Shown here: piece by piece, positions 1 to 8,928 of the stretch
Position numbering within the stretch: position 1 is the stretch's first letter
Layout: every line of letters starts with the position of its first letter
Position numbers and translations under genes: made by a program
The notes under the pieces: model-generated
What the model was told of the DNA's origin: nothing
Seen by the model: the letters and a program-made list of their open reading frames with translations, nothing else
The model's database searches: none
Assembly (NCBI GenBank): GCA_902529715.1
Contig: CABZXL010000001.1
Span: 1,162-65,161 of the forward strand
Reading direction: 5' to 3'
Length of the DNA: 64,000 nucleotides
Source of the DNA: an uncultured Pelagibacteraceae bacterium
GTDB taxonomy: Bacteria > Pseudomonadota > Alphaproteobacteria > Pelagibacterales > Pelagibacteraceae

Positions 1-482
1 CTGAAGAAGAACTAAAAAAATATAAAAAAGGGGATGCCTTAAAAGTAAAAATATTAGAATTAAAGGTTGAAGAGCAAAAAGTAAGAGTTGGATTAAAACA
101 GACAAAAGTTGATCCAATGGATTATTTTAAAAATAAAAAAGCAAATGATGTAATAACTGTAAAAATAATATCTTCAAACAATAAGGGATTGATTGTTAGA
201 CCCGAAGGATCTGATTTAGATTTATTAATAAAAAGATCTCAAATAGCAATAAACTTGGCTGATGCAAGACCTACAAGGTTTGTTGGAGGTGAAAGAATTG
301 ATGCTGCCATATCAGAATTGGATTTAGAAAAAAGAAAAATCGTTTTAAGTATAAAATTATTGGAAGAACAACAAAATAAGGAAGCAGTGTCAAAATTTTC
401 GTCACCACTTTCTGGAAAAAACTTACCATTTTCCTCACTTTCTGATAAGTTAAATAAAAACAAAGATAAAAGTGAAGAATAA
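1..482 (+). CDS. rpsA: 30S ribosomal protein S1, 3' part (5'-truncated by window)
   Basis: Frame open from nt 3 (EEELKKYKKGDALKVKILELKVEEQKVRVGLKQ...); S1-domain repeats; followed by ihfB. Confidence 0.93.
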   Translation, partial: EEELKKYKKGDALKVKILELKVEEQKVRVGLKQTKVDPMDYFKNKKANDVITVKIISSNNKGLIVRPEGSDLDLLIKRSQIAINLADARPTRFVGGERIDAAISELDLEKRKIVLSIKLLEEQQNKEAVSKFSSPLSGKNLPFSSLSDKLNKNKDKSEE

Positions 483-488
483 GATAAT

Positions 489-776
489 TTGGCAGTAGTA
501 AAATCAAAATTATTAGAAAATTTATCAGATAATTATCCAAATTTTTTAAAAAAAGACTTAACAAAATTAGTTGATATAATACTTTTACAAATACAAGAGT
601 CTCTTGAAAGAGAAGAAAGAGTTGAATTAAGAGATATATTCACTTTAGAAACTAGAATCCAAAAAGCTAGACTTTCTAGAAATCCAAAAACTAACGAAAA
701 AGTTAAAGTTCCGGAAAAAAGAACAGTTCAATTTAAAATGTCAAAAAAATGGTTTAATAATATAAACAATGAATAA
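489..776 (+). CDS. ihfB: Integration host factor beta / HU family
   Basis: RVELRDIFTLE...ARLSRNPKTNEKVKVPEKRTVQFK; position after rpsA. Confidence 0.85.
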   Translation: MAVVKSKLLENLSDNYPNFLKKDLTKLVDIILLQIQESLEREERVELRDIFTLETRIQKARLSRNPKTNEKVKVPEKRTVQFKMSKKWFNNINNE

Positions 777-1440
777 AAAAATATTTATTGCTTGTGATAC
801 CAACAACATTTCTACAGCACAAAAAATAATTAAGTATTCAAATACAAAAAAATTAAAAATTGGTTACAAATTTGGCTTAGAGTTTATTAACTCTAAAAAT
901 GGAAGATCTTTTATATCAAAAATTAAAAATAAAATTATTTTTGCTGACCTAAAATTACACGATATACCAAATACATGTTCATCTACAGTAAAAGCAATAA
1001 AAGATCTAAAAATTAATTATTTAACTATACATATAAGCTCTGGACTGGAAGCATTAAAAGCAGCAAAAAAAGTTTCTGGTAAAATAAAATTAATTGGGGT
1101 TACAACACTTACGTCAATAAACAGTCATTCATTAAAGCAGATAGGTTATGATAAAAAATTAAGAAAATTAGTTATTCATCAAGCCAAACTTGCAAACAAG
1201 GCAAAACTTGACGCTATTGTGTGTAGTGCTCAAGAAGTAAAATATGTAAAAAAAGTTTTTAAAAAAGAAATAATTACTCCTGGAATTAGATTCAATTCAA
1301 ACAAAAATGACCAAAAAAGAATAATGACTCCTAAAGAAGCATTTAAAAATGGTAGTAATTGGCTTGTAATTGGAAGGCCAATTACGAAAGGAAATATAAA
1401 AAAAAATATTCAATTATTAATTAATCATCTTGATAAATAA
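769..1440 (+). CDS. pyrF: Orotidine-5'-phosphate decarboxylase
   Basis: FADLKLHDIPNT, ITPGIR, LVIGRPIT motifs. Confidence 0.97.
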   Translation: MNKKIFIACDTNNISTAQKIIKYSNTKKLKIGYKFGLEFINSKNGRSFISKIKNKIIFADLKLHDIPNTCSSTVKAIKDLKINYLTIHISSGLEALKAAKKVSGKIKLIGVTTLTSINSHSLKQIGYDKKLRKLVIHQAKLANKAKLDAIVCSAQEVKYVKKVFKKEIITPGIRFNSNKNDQKRIMTPKEAFKNGSNWLVIGRPITKGNIKKNIQLLINHLDK

Positions 1441-2063
1441 TGGATGCAAAAATTTGTGGTATTAAAGATTCAAAAACTTTAAATTTTATAGTAAATCATA
1501 AAAATCCTCCTAAATTTATCGGTTTCATAACTAATTATCCAAAGTCCAGAAGATATATTGAGTATAAAGATCTTAAAAGATTAATTGATATAGATAAAAA
1601 AAAAATAAATTTTGTTTCAGTGCTTGTAAACCCAAATAATGAAACTTTGGAAGAAATCAAAGATTTAAATTTTGATTATTATCAATTATACAATGTATCT
1701 CCTGAAAAAACTAAAATAATAAAAGAAAAATATAAAGTAAAAATCATAACTGCACTTACAATCGAAAATAAAAATGATATTGAAGAGTATAAAAAATTTG
1801 AATCTATTTCTGAAATTATTTTGTTTGATAGTAAAGGATATGAAAAATCTGTTAGATTTGACCATAAACTACTAAATAATGTATCAACTAAAGTAAATAA
1901 AATGCTTGCAGGCAACATTCGGTATGATGATAAACTTGATAAATATTCTAAAATAACTGATATTATTGATATTTCAGGAAGCTTAGAAACTTCTGGAGAG
2001 AAGGATATTTCAAAGATAAAAATTTTTTTAGAAAACATTAGTAAGATTAAAAATGAAAATTAG
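1440..2063 (+). CDS. trpF: N-(5'-phosphoribosyl)anthranilate isomerase
   Basis: KICGI N-terminus, SRRY, LFDS, MLAG; upstream of trpB. Confidence 0.9.
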   Translation: MDAKICGIKDSKTLNFIVNHKNPPKFIGFITNYPKSRRYIEYKDLKRLIDIDKKKINFVSVLVNPNNETLEEIKDLNFDYYQLYNVSPEKTKIIKEKYKVKIITALTIENKNDIEEYKKFESISEIILFDSKGYEKSVRFDHKLLNNVSTKVNKMLAGNIRYDDKLDKYSKITDIIDISGSLETSGEKDISKIKIFLENISKIKNEN

Positions 2064-3282
2064 AAAAAATATTCAATTAATTGATCAACATGATAAGTTT
2101 GGTTTTTGGGGAGGAAAATTTGGAGGCAATTTCATTCCTGAAACCTTAAAAAAACCAGTAGAAGACCTTACAATATTGTTTGAAAAATTAAGAAAAAATA
2201 ATAAGTTTATTAAAGAAAGAGATTATTATTTTAAGAATTGGGTAGGATCACCAACTTCTTTCATAAAATTAGATAATTTAACAAAACACTTGGGTGGTGC
2301 TCAGATTTGGGCAAAAGTTGTTTCTGAAGCCAATGGAGGTGCACATAAAATTTATAATGCTACTGTTCATTGTCTTATAGCAAAAAGAGCAGGGAAAAAA
2401 TATATCGTTGGTGATACAGGAGCAGGATATGCAGGAAAAATGCTTAGTATGGCAGCAAAAAAATTTGGCTTAAAATGTAAAATATTTATGGGTGCCAAGG
2501 ACATTAAAAGGCAAAAACCTAACTGTGATGCTATGAGAAAAAATGGAGCTGAGATAGTTCCAGTTTATACAGGCAGCCAAACACTTGTTGATGCTGTTAG
2601 CGAATGCATGAGATACTGGGTATCAAACTGTGATACAACTCATATGTGCGTGGGTTCAACTGTAGGTCCTAATATTTTTGTTAAAATTTGTGGATGGAGT
2701 ACATCACAAATTTCTAGAGAACTTTTTATACAAATAAAAAAAGAATTTGGAAAAATCCCTAAAAAAGTAAAATTATTAAACTGTGTTGGTGGAGGATCTT
2801 CAAGCTTTGGTTTTTGGAACGAATTTATGCATTATAATAAAAAACAAGTTGAGTTTATTGGCATTGAGGCTGGCGGGCCAAAAAAAAGTAAAAGGCATGC
2901 CGCTCCTTTAACTTATGGTTCAAAAATAGGAATTCTCCACGGTGCCTCTCAATATGTAAACCAAGATTTTGAAGGTCAAATTGAAGAAACAGAGTCCATT
3001 AGCGCTGGTCTAGATTATCCAGGAGTTTCTCCTATCCACTGTTTTTTGAAGGATACAAAAAGAGCAAGATATACTGCAGCCACCGATGAGGAAGCTTTAA
3101 GTGCATATAAGTTAGTAACAAAATATGAAAATTTAAATCCAAGTCTGGAACCGAGTCATGCATTTGCAGAAGCAATAAAATTAGCTCCAAAGTTAAGCAA
3201 GGATACAATTATGATTGTAAACTCATGTGGTGATGCTCATAAAGATAGAGATATTTTAAGACAAAGATTGGGGAAATATTAA
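2053..3282 (+). CDS. trpB: Tryptophan synthase beta chain (divergent active-site motifs)
   Basis: FGGNFIPETL, GAHK (PLP lysine), CVGGGS, ESISAGLDYPGV, LEPSHA; between trpF and trpA. Confidence 0.9.
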   Translation: MKIRKNIQLIDQHDKFGFWGGKFGGNFIPETLKKPVEDLTILFEKLRKNNKFIKERDYYFKNWVGSPTSFIKLDNLTKHLGGAQIWAKVVSEANGGAHKIYNATVHCLIAKRAGKKYIVGDTGAGYAGKMLSMAAKKFGLKCKIFMGAKDIKRQKPNCDAMRKNGAEIVPVYTGSQTLVDAVSECMRYWVSNCDTTHMCVGSTVGPNIFVKICGWSTSQISRELFIQIKKEFGKIPKKVKLLNCVGGGSSSFGFWNEFMHYNKKQVEFIGIEAGGPKKSKRHAAPLTYGSKIGILHGASQYVNQDFEGQIEETESISAGLDYPGVSPIHCFLKDTKRARYTAATDEEALSAYKLVTKYENLNPSLEPSHAFAEAIKLAPKLSKDTIMIVNSCGDAHKDRDILRQRLGKY

Positions 3283-4085
3283 TGACTAAGTCTGCGATTA
3301 GTTTAGCTTTTAAAAATTGTAAAAAAGAAAAAAGACCGGCTCTAATAACATTTACTGTTGCTGGTGATAATACCAAAAAAAATTCATTAAAAATATTAAA
3401 TTCAATTGCAAAATATGCCGATATTCTAGAACTATCATTTTTACACAATTGCCCTATTGCAGACGGAGGTCAAATACAAAATAGTACATACAGATCATTA
3501 AAAAATGGGACTACATTAAAGGATACTTTTCAAATTGCTAAAAAATTTAAAAATAATAATCCTAAAAAGCCTTTGATATTAATGGGTTATTATAATTTAA
3601 TTTATCAGAATGGTGAAAATAATTTTTTAAGAAACTGTAAATTATCTAAAGTTGATGGATTGATTGTTGTTGATTTACCCTGGCCTGAAAATAAAAAATT
3701 TTCAAAAAAATGCAAAAAAAAATCAATAAATTTTGTTCAACTTTTATCTCCCACAACATCTAATGAGAGAATGAAAAAAATTATAAAAGATTCACATGAT
3801 ATGATTTATTATATAAGTATGCTATCCACTACAGGTGGAAAATTAAAAGTTCCACCACAAAAAATTTTGGAAAATTATAATAAAATAAAAAAAATAAATA
3901 AAAATAAAAATTGTGTAATAGGATTTGGAATTACGAATAAATCAATCAAATCTTTCAGAAATTCTGACGGAGTGGTTGTCGGAAGTGAAATTTGTAAAGA
4001 AATTACTAGAAGTTTGAACAATAGACAAAATCCTGTCACAAATGTAAGTAAAATAGTAACAAAATTAAAAAATAAAATTTTATGA
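3282..4085 (+). CDS. trpA: Tryptophan synthase alpha chain
   Basis: ILEL...PIADGGQIQ, LMGYYN, DGLIVVDLP, IGFGI, DGVVVGS. Confidence 0.95.
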   Translation: MTKSAISLAFKNCKKEKRPALITFTVAGDNTKKNSLKILNSIAKYADILELSFLHNCPIADGGQIQNSTYRSLKNGTTLKDTFQIAKKFKNNNPKKPLILMGYYNLIYQNGENNFLRNCKLSKVDGLIVVDLPWPENKKFSKKCKKKSINFVQLLSPTTSNERMKKIIKDSHDMIYYISMLSTTGGKLKVPPQKILENYNKIKKINKNKNCVIGFGITNKSIKSFRNSDGVVVGSEICKEITRSLNNRQNPVTNVSKIVTKLKNKIL

Positions 4086-5017
4086 ACTGGCTAACAAAAA
4101 TAAAAACTTTAGGTGATAAAATTAAAAGAAATTTACAAAAAAAATTTCCAACAAAAGAAGAAATTGCAAATTCAGATTGGACAAGCTGTTGCAAAGGTCC
4201 AGTTCTAAAAAAAGACTTAGAAGAAAATTTATGGGTATGTAATTCGTGTGGAAAGCATCATAGAATTAGTTGTGTGCAAAGATTTGATATATTTTTTGGA
4301 AAAAATCGATATGAGATTCTTGAAACTCCAGTTCCAGCAGAAGATCCTTTGAATTGGAAAGATACAAAAACTTACAAAGAAAGATTGATACAAGCTAGAA
4401 AAAAAACAAATCAGAATTGTGCGGTAATGATCGCAAAAGGACAAATCGATGGAATTCAAATTACAGCAGGTGCAATTAATTTTGATTTTATAGGAGGGTC
4501 AGTTGGTGCTGCAGAAGGAGAGGCTATCATCTATGGTGTTCAACATGCAATAGATAATAAAACTCCTTATGTTTTTTTTCCTTGTGGAGGTGGTCAAAGA
4601 ATGTATGAAAGTCCAATAGCTTTAGCAAATATGACTAGAACGACTCTTGCAATAAATGAATTAAAAAAAAATAACCTACCCTATATAGTATGTTTTACAG
4701 ATCCAACAGCAGGAGGAATAACAGCATCATTTGCTATGTTAGGAGATATTCACTTTGCAGAAAGTGGTTGTTTAATAGCATTTGCTGGTAAAAAAATAAT
4801 TCAAGCAACAGTTAAGGAAGAATTAAGTCCAGATTTTCAGACAGCTGAATTTGTTGAGAAACATGGTTTTGTTGACAAAGTGGTAAATAGAAAAGATTTA
4901 ACCAATGAAATCGGAAAATTACTAGAAATATTGCTAAAGAAAAATTCTGATGTAAATTTAGAATTATCAAATGAAACTTCAACAAATATTGAGCAACCTA
5001 CAAAAGCTGCATCCTAA
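4082..5017 (+). CDS. accD: Acetyl-CoA carboxylase carboxyltransferase beta
   Basis: Zn-finger Cys, FIGGSVG, GGQRMYE, DPTAGGITASFAMLGD, FQTAEF. Confidence 0.96.
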   Translation: MNWLTKIKTLGDKIKRNLQKKFPTKEEIANSDWTSCCKGPVLKKDLEENLWVCNSCGKHHRISCVQRFDIFFGKNRYEILETPVPAEDPLNWKDTKTYKERLIQARKKTNQNCAVMIAKGQIDGIQITAGAINFDFIGGSVGAAEGEAIIYGVQHAIDNKTPYVFFPCGGGQRMYESPIALANMTRTTLAINELKKNNLPYIVCFTDPTAGGITASFAMLGDIHFAESGCLIAFAGKKIIQATVKEELSPDFQTAEFVEKHGFVDKVVNRKDLTNEIGKLLEILLKKNSDVNLELSNETSTNIEQPTKAAS

Positions 5018-6242
5018 AGAAATAGATTTAAGTTTAGATAGAATTAAAAAACTCTGTAAAAAGCTTGGAAACCCTCAAGATAATTTACAATATATATCTG
5101 TAGTTGGAACAAATGGAAAATATTCCACAATTCAAGCAATTAGAGCAATACTAAAAGATGCAAATATAAATTGTAATATTTACACAAGTCCTCATATACA
5201 AAAAATTAACGAAAGATTTATATATAATGATGAAGAAATTTCTGATGAAAATCTTATAAAATTATTAACTGAAATAGAAGATATTAATGCAGGTGAACCT
5301 ATTACTTATTTTGAAATATTAACAGCTGCTTATTTTTATAATGCTAGAAACTTCAAAGATAATATTAATTTGCTCGAAAGTGGTTTATTCCATAGGGCAG
5401 ATGCATGTTCTATAATTAAATCAAATTTAGCAAGTGTTATTACTGCTATCGGTTTGGATCACTTAGACTGGCTACCAAAAAATAAACAAACAATAGATCA
5501 AATAATATTTGAAAAAACTTCATCTTTATTAGCTTCGAAAATTATTGTCTCAAAACAAAGCTCAAATGAAACTTTAAATAAAATAGCAAACTCAATTGAA
5601 AAAAATTCTTCAAAAAAAATAATTTTTGGTAATGATTTTAACTACTCTTTAAATGAAAATGGATTTTTTTATTATGAAGATAAATATGGAGGACTTAAGC
5701 TCCCACTACCAAATTTAGAGGGTGAATTTCAATTATCCAATATATCATCAGCTATATCAACTATAAGAAATATAGAAGGAATAAATATTTCAGATCAAAA
5801 CATTAAAAATGGAATTAAAAAAATTAAAAGTATTGCAAGATTTTCAGAGATAAAAAATGGAAAATTAAAAGATTTAGTAAAAAATAATAAAATCTATATT
5901 GATGGATCACATAATCCTCTTGGAGCTAGTGTTTTGTGTAATCATTTAAATTCACTAGAATGTAACAAACATATAATTTTAGGAATGATGGGTAATAAAA
6001 ATCATGTTGAATATATTAACTATTTTAAAAATAAAATATCTTCTTTAACAACTGTAGATATTCCAAACCAACCTAATTCTATTAATGGGGAAGATTTAAT
6101 GAAAAAATTAAAAAATTTAAAAAATGTTAACTACAAAAAAACGATTAAGGAAGCTATCAATTCAATAGATTTAAAAGATAATGATATAATTATTATTACT
6201 GGATCCTTATATCTGGCTGGGGAAGCTTTAAATCTAAATTAA
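4971..6242 (+). CDS. folC: Folylpolyglutamate/dihydrofolate synthase
   Basis: VVGTNGK, YTSPH, DGSHNP, ITGSLYLAG. Confidence 0.95.
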   Translation: MKLQQILSNLQKLHPKEIDLSLDRIKKLCKKLGNPQDNLQYISVVGTNGKYSTIQAIRAILKDANINCNIYTSPHIQKINERFIYNDEEISDENLIKLLTEIEDINAGEPITYFEILTAAYFYNARNFKDNINLLESGLFHRADACSIIKSNLASVITAIGLDHLDWLPKNKQTIDQIIFEKTSSLLASKIIVSKQSSNETLNKIANSIEKNSSKKIIFGNDFNYSLNENGFFYYEDKYGGLKLPLPNLEGEFQLSNISSAISTIRNIEGINISDQNIKNGIKKIKSIARFSEIKNGKLKDLVKNNKIYIDGSHNPLGASVLCNHLNSLECNKHIILGMMGNKNHVEYINYFKNKISSLTTVDIPNQPNSINGEDLMKKLKNLKNVNYKKTIKEAINSIDLKDNDIIIITGSLYLAGEALNLN

Positions 6243-6559
6243 ATATTTTCTTTTATCCAAGCTACAATATTTGATTTTGTAGTTGCTCCAACTTTGGTAG
6301 CTTTTAATTCACCGCCTGAAAAAAGAAGCATGGTAGGAATGCCACGAATTCCGTATTTTGTAGGAGTATTGGGTTCATTATCAATGTTATGTTTTGCTAT
6401 TACAACGTCATTAGCCATTTCATTAGATATTTCCTCCAATGTTGGCCCAATTTGTTTGCATGGTCCACACCATTCGGCCCAAAAGTCAACTATTACTGGT
6501 TTACCAGCTTTAATGACTTCTGTTTCAAAATTCTCATCTGTTACATTAACTGTTGCCAT
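6239..6559 (-). CDS. trxA: Thioredoxin
   Basis: VDFWAEWCGPCK. Confidence 0.97.
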   Translation of the reverse strand: MATVNVTDENFETEVIKAGKPVIVDFWAEWCGPCKQIGPTLEEISNEMANDVVIAKHNIDNEPNTPTKYGIRGIPTMLLFSGGELKATKVGATTKSNIVAWIKENI

Positions 6560-6625
6560 AGAGCTTATATATAATTTTATTTCATTAATTCAACACTTAA
6601 AAAAAAAAAAATTAAATTATCCACA

Positions 6626-8056
6626 CTAAGAATTTTCATATTTTTTTTGTATTGACATTACATATGAATTAAGTTCGTCCAAAAATTTTAATTTCTCATG
6701 ATCATTTTCGTTTGAATATTTGTCTCTAAGTGTATCAATTTCGTTGTAGCATGCAGAAACAGTCCACCATTTTTCAAATTTTTCACTTAAAATTCTTTTA
6801 GAAATAGATCTTTTTATAGATTTTAACATATCAGGTGGCAATATTTCTGGTGCTTCTTGATAAATTATTTTTTTTCCAAAGCCTATGAGTCTTTCATCAT
6901 CAAATTTATCTAATAGTTTTAATTTTTCTTGCCATGATGCAGCATGCCAAGCTGGAAAAAGTGCAGTATCTTTATTTGACGTAAATTTATTATAAATACT
7001 TTCTTCTGCATATATATCTTCTTGCGATTTTGATTGCTCTTTTTCTTCAGCTATTTCTCTAAGCGCTATTAGAATGTTTTGTGAAAATTTTTCATTTTCT
7101 CTAACTAATTTTGCTCTTTTTTTAATCAAACTTGGATCCATTGCATTGTAGGGTTCAACCTTCATTGCATATTCTGCATCAAGTATGATAGGAGCTTTAT
7201 TTGATCTTATAGTTCTTAAAAATTTTGGAGTTTTTTTCATCTCTACTTTTAACTCGTTGATCGACATATTTAATATCGGCTCAATATCAACCCTAATGTC
7301 TACACATTGCCCCCAGTTATAAACAGGGTGAATGCAATGTTTTGGGTGCAGAGGAGCACATAGATATAATCTTGATTTTCCATAAAAATATTCGTTTAAG
7401 CTAAATATTTCTTCTTTTTTAAAAATTGTTTCAGTATCTAGTTTATTTGCAGTTCTTAAAAACATATCCCATGTACTTGGTTGTCTCTTTTTAATTATAC
7501 TTAAAATTTTTACGGTCAAAGTTGCGTCTGTTAGGGCGCTATGAGCGTCGCTTGAGTCTAAACCTTGCATTCTAGAAAGAGATTCAAGTTTAAATACTGG
7601 GTTATTCTTTTCATTTATTTCTGTTTCTAGAACAGTAGGATCTACAGCGTAAGCAGCCCTTGCTATATTAATACCATCATGTCTTTTATTTGGAGAAGCA
7701 TTGGTAATATAAGGATATCTAATGCCTTTAAAAAATTCCTTCCTAATCATTTCATCATCAAATCCTATATTGGACCATCCTATGAAGATTGCTGGACTCC
7801 ATTTCTTGAAGGTTTTTTCAACTTCACTAAGCATTTGATAGTGGCTTAAATTTCCTTGGGTTAATTGTTTAATGCTTGTTTTATTAACAATTAAAGCCAT
7901 TGCTTGAGGAATTTCACCTTCAGGCAATCTACATCTAAAATTAAATCTGTCTTTTTCTTTAAAGTTTTCATCAACTAATATTCCACCAATTTCAATTATA
8001 CTTCCAAAATCAGTACTGGCGCTTGATGACTCGATATCCCAAATAGCTAAATTCAT
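6626..8056 (-). CDS. sbcB: Exodeoxyribonuclease I (DEDDh)
   Basis: WDIESS, GWSNIGFDDE, FKLESL, AHSALTD, NKAPI motifs; 476 aa. Confidence 0.9.
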   Translation of the reverse strand: MNLAIWDIESSSASTDFGSIIEIGGILVDENFKEKDRFNFRCRLPEGEIPQAMALIVNKTSIKQLTQGNLSHYQMLSEVEKTFKKWSPAIFIGWSNIGFDDEMIRKEFFKGIRYPYITNASPNKRHDGINIARAAYAVDPTVLETEINEKNNPVFKLESLSRMQGLDSSDAHSALTDATLTVKILSIIKKRQPSTWDMFLRTANKLDTETIFKKEEIFSLNEYFYGKSRLYLCAPLHPKHCIHPVYNWGQCVDIRVDIEPILNMSINELKVEMKKTPKFLRTIRSNKAPIILDAEYAMKVEPYNAMDPSLIKKRAKLVRENEKFSQNILIALREIAEEKEQSKSQEDIYAEESIYNKFTSNKDTALFPAWHAASWQEKLKLLDKFDDERLIGFGKKIIYQEAPEILPPDMLKSIKRSISKRILSEKFEKWWTVSACYNEIDTLRDKYSNENDHEKLKFLDELNSYVMSIQKKYENS

Positions 8057-8185
8057 ATATTAATTATCCTTTAAAAAGCTATGTTTTGAGGATGTTTAGA
8101 TTATTTTTTTGAGAACTAAACCATTCGCATCTAAACAAGTAGCTCTTAGTTAGTAATATCTTATGTAAGCACTTATCAATTAAAG

Positions 8186-8915
8186 TCAAGTTATATTATT
8201 CATTTCATTAAATTTTTTTAATCTTCCAAGAAATAAATTTTGGTACATCAGTAATTCTGGACCTTCAATTTTAAAGTCCTGGAATAAATTATCCACAGTA
8301 CACAATAATATTACTCCTGAAGTAATATTTGTTTTGTAAACAACATTGTGCGCTAAAGTATATGCTCCTTTAAACCTGTGCCCCTCTAAAAATTAGAGGG
8401 GCCAGGCGCCCTAATTGCAGAAAATAGTCTTGAATGTAATCAACTTTTTTTGGTTTATTTGCTTGTTTAAAATCTACAATTGTCTCTTTTCCTAAATATT
8501 TGCAAACCATATCTGAGGTCCCACCGTATTTTCCTGGATAACGCAGTGTAGTTTCCATTCCATATATTTCCTCTAATTTTCCTTTAATGCCTTTATCTAT
8601 TATTTCTTTAGCCATATTTTTGTATTGTTCATTACTTTCAAAAAAACTCTCATTAATTCTTCCTCTTAAAAAATCTTCTATATAAGAATGCATTGATGTG
8701 CCTCTGCTGGATGCTTCAGTTTTAATTTTGTTAGCTTCTTTATGGCCTACTCGCTGTTTCCAATTTTCTAATGCTGCTTTATCTTCGTCTGATTTTGTTG
8801 CTTGTAAAATAGAGGTAACACTTGGTAATTTTTCATCATCAAATAAATACTTTCTCATGCCATTTTCGATGGATCTTGATGATTTTGGATAATTAAATTT
8901 ATTATTCCATTTCAT
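8186..8915 (-). CDS. Phage/MGME1-like PD-(D/E)XK exonuclease interrupted by a 43-nt hairpin insert (recoded gene or pseudogene)
   Basis: ATG at 8915 (MKWNNKF; the track ORF start 9074 lies inside rmuC). Motifs LPSVTSIL, LENWKQRVG, RGTSMH, YGGTSD, IVDFKQ, YFLQL. The frame resumes at 8368 as GAYTLAHNVVYKTNITSGVILLC...NNIT* (stop 8186-8188). Removing 8369-8411 gives a 228-aa protein. Confidence 0.85.
8369..8411 (-). other. 43-nt GC-rich hairpin insertion, candidate translational-bypass (byp-like) element or miniature mobile insert
   Basis: Minus strand GGG CGC CTG GCCCCTCTAA TTT TTAGAGGGGC A CAGG TTTAA A, followed by GGA. Stem at 8375-8406 (10 bp plus 4 bp with a 1-nt bulge). Confidence 0.8.
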
Positions 8916-8928
8916 CTTGTTAATTTTA

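Noticed and set aside
8369-8384. RF2-style +1 frameshift at GUU UAA A with upstream AGGGG as the way to join the exonuclease halves
   Set aside because: It would leave about 14 extra residues inside the QLxAY motif, and GUU to UUU re-pairing is poor. Less parsimonious than skipping 43 nt, though not formally excluded.
8186-8915. Cas4/CRISPR interpretation of the exonuclease
   Set aside because: No Fe-S cysteine pattern, no other cas genes and no repeat-spacer array noticed in the window.
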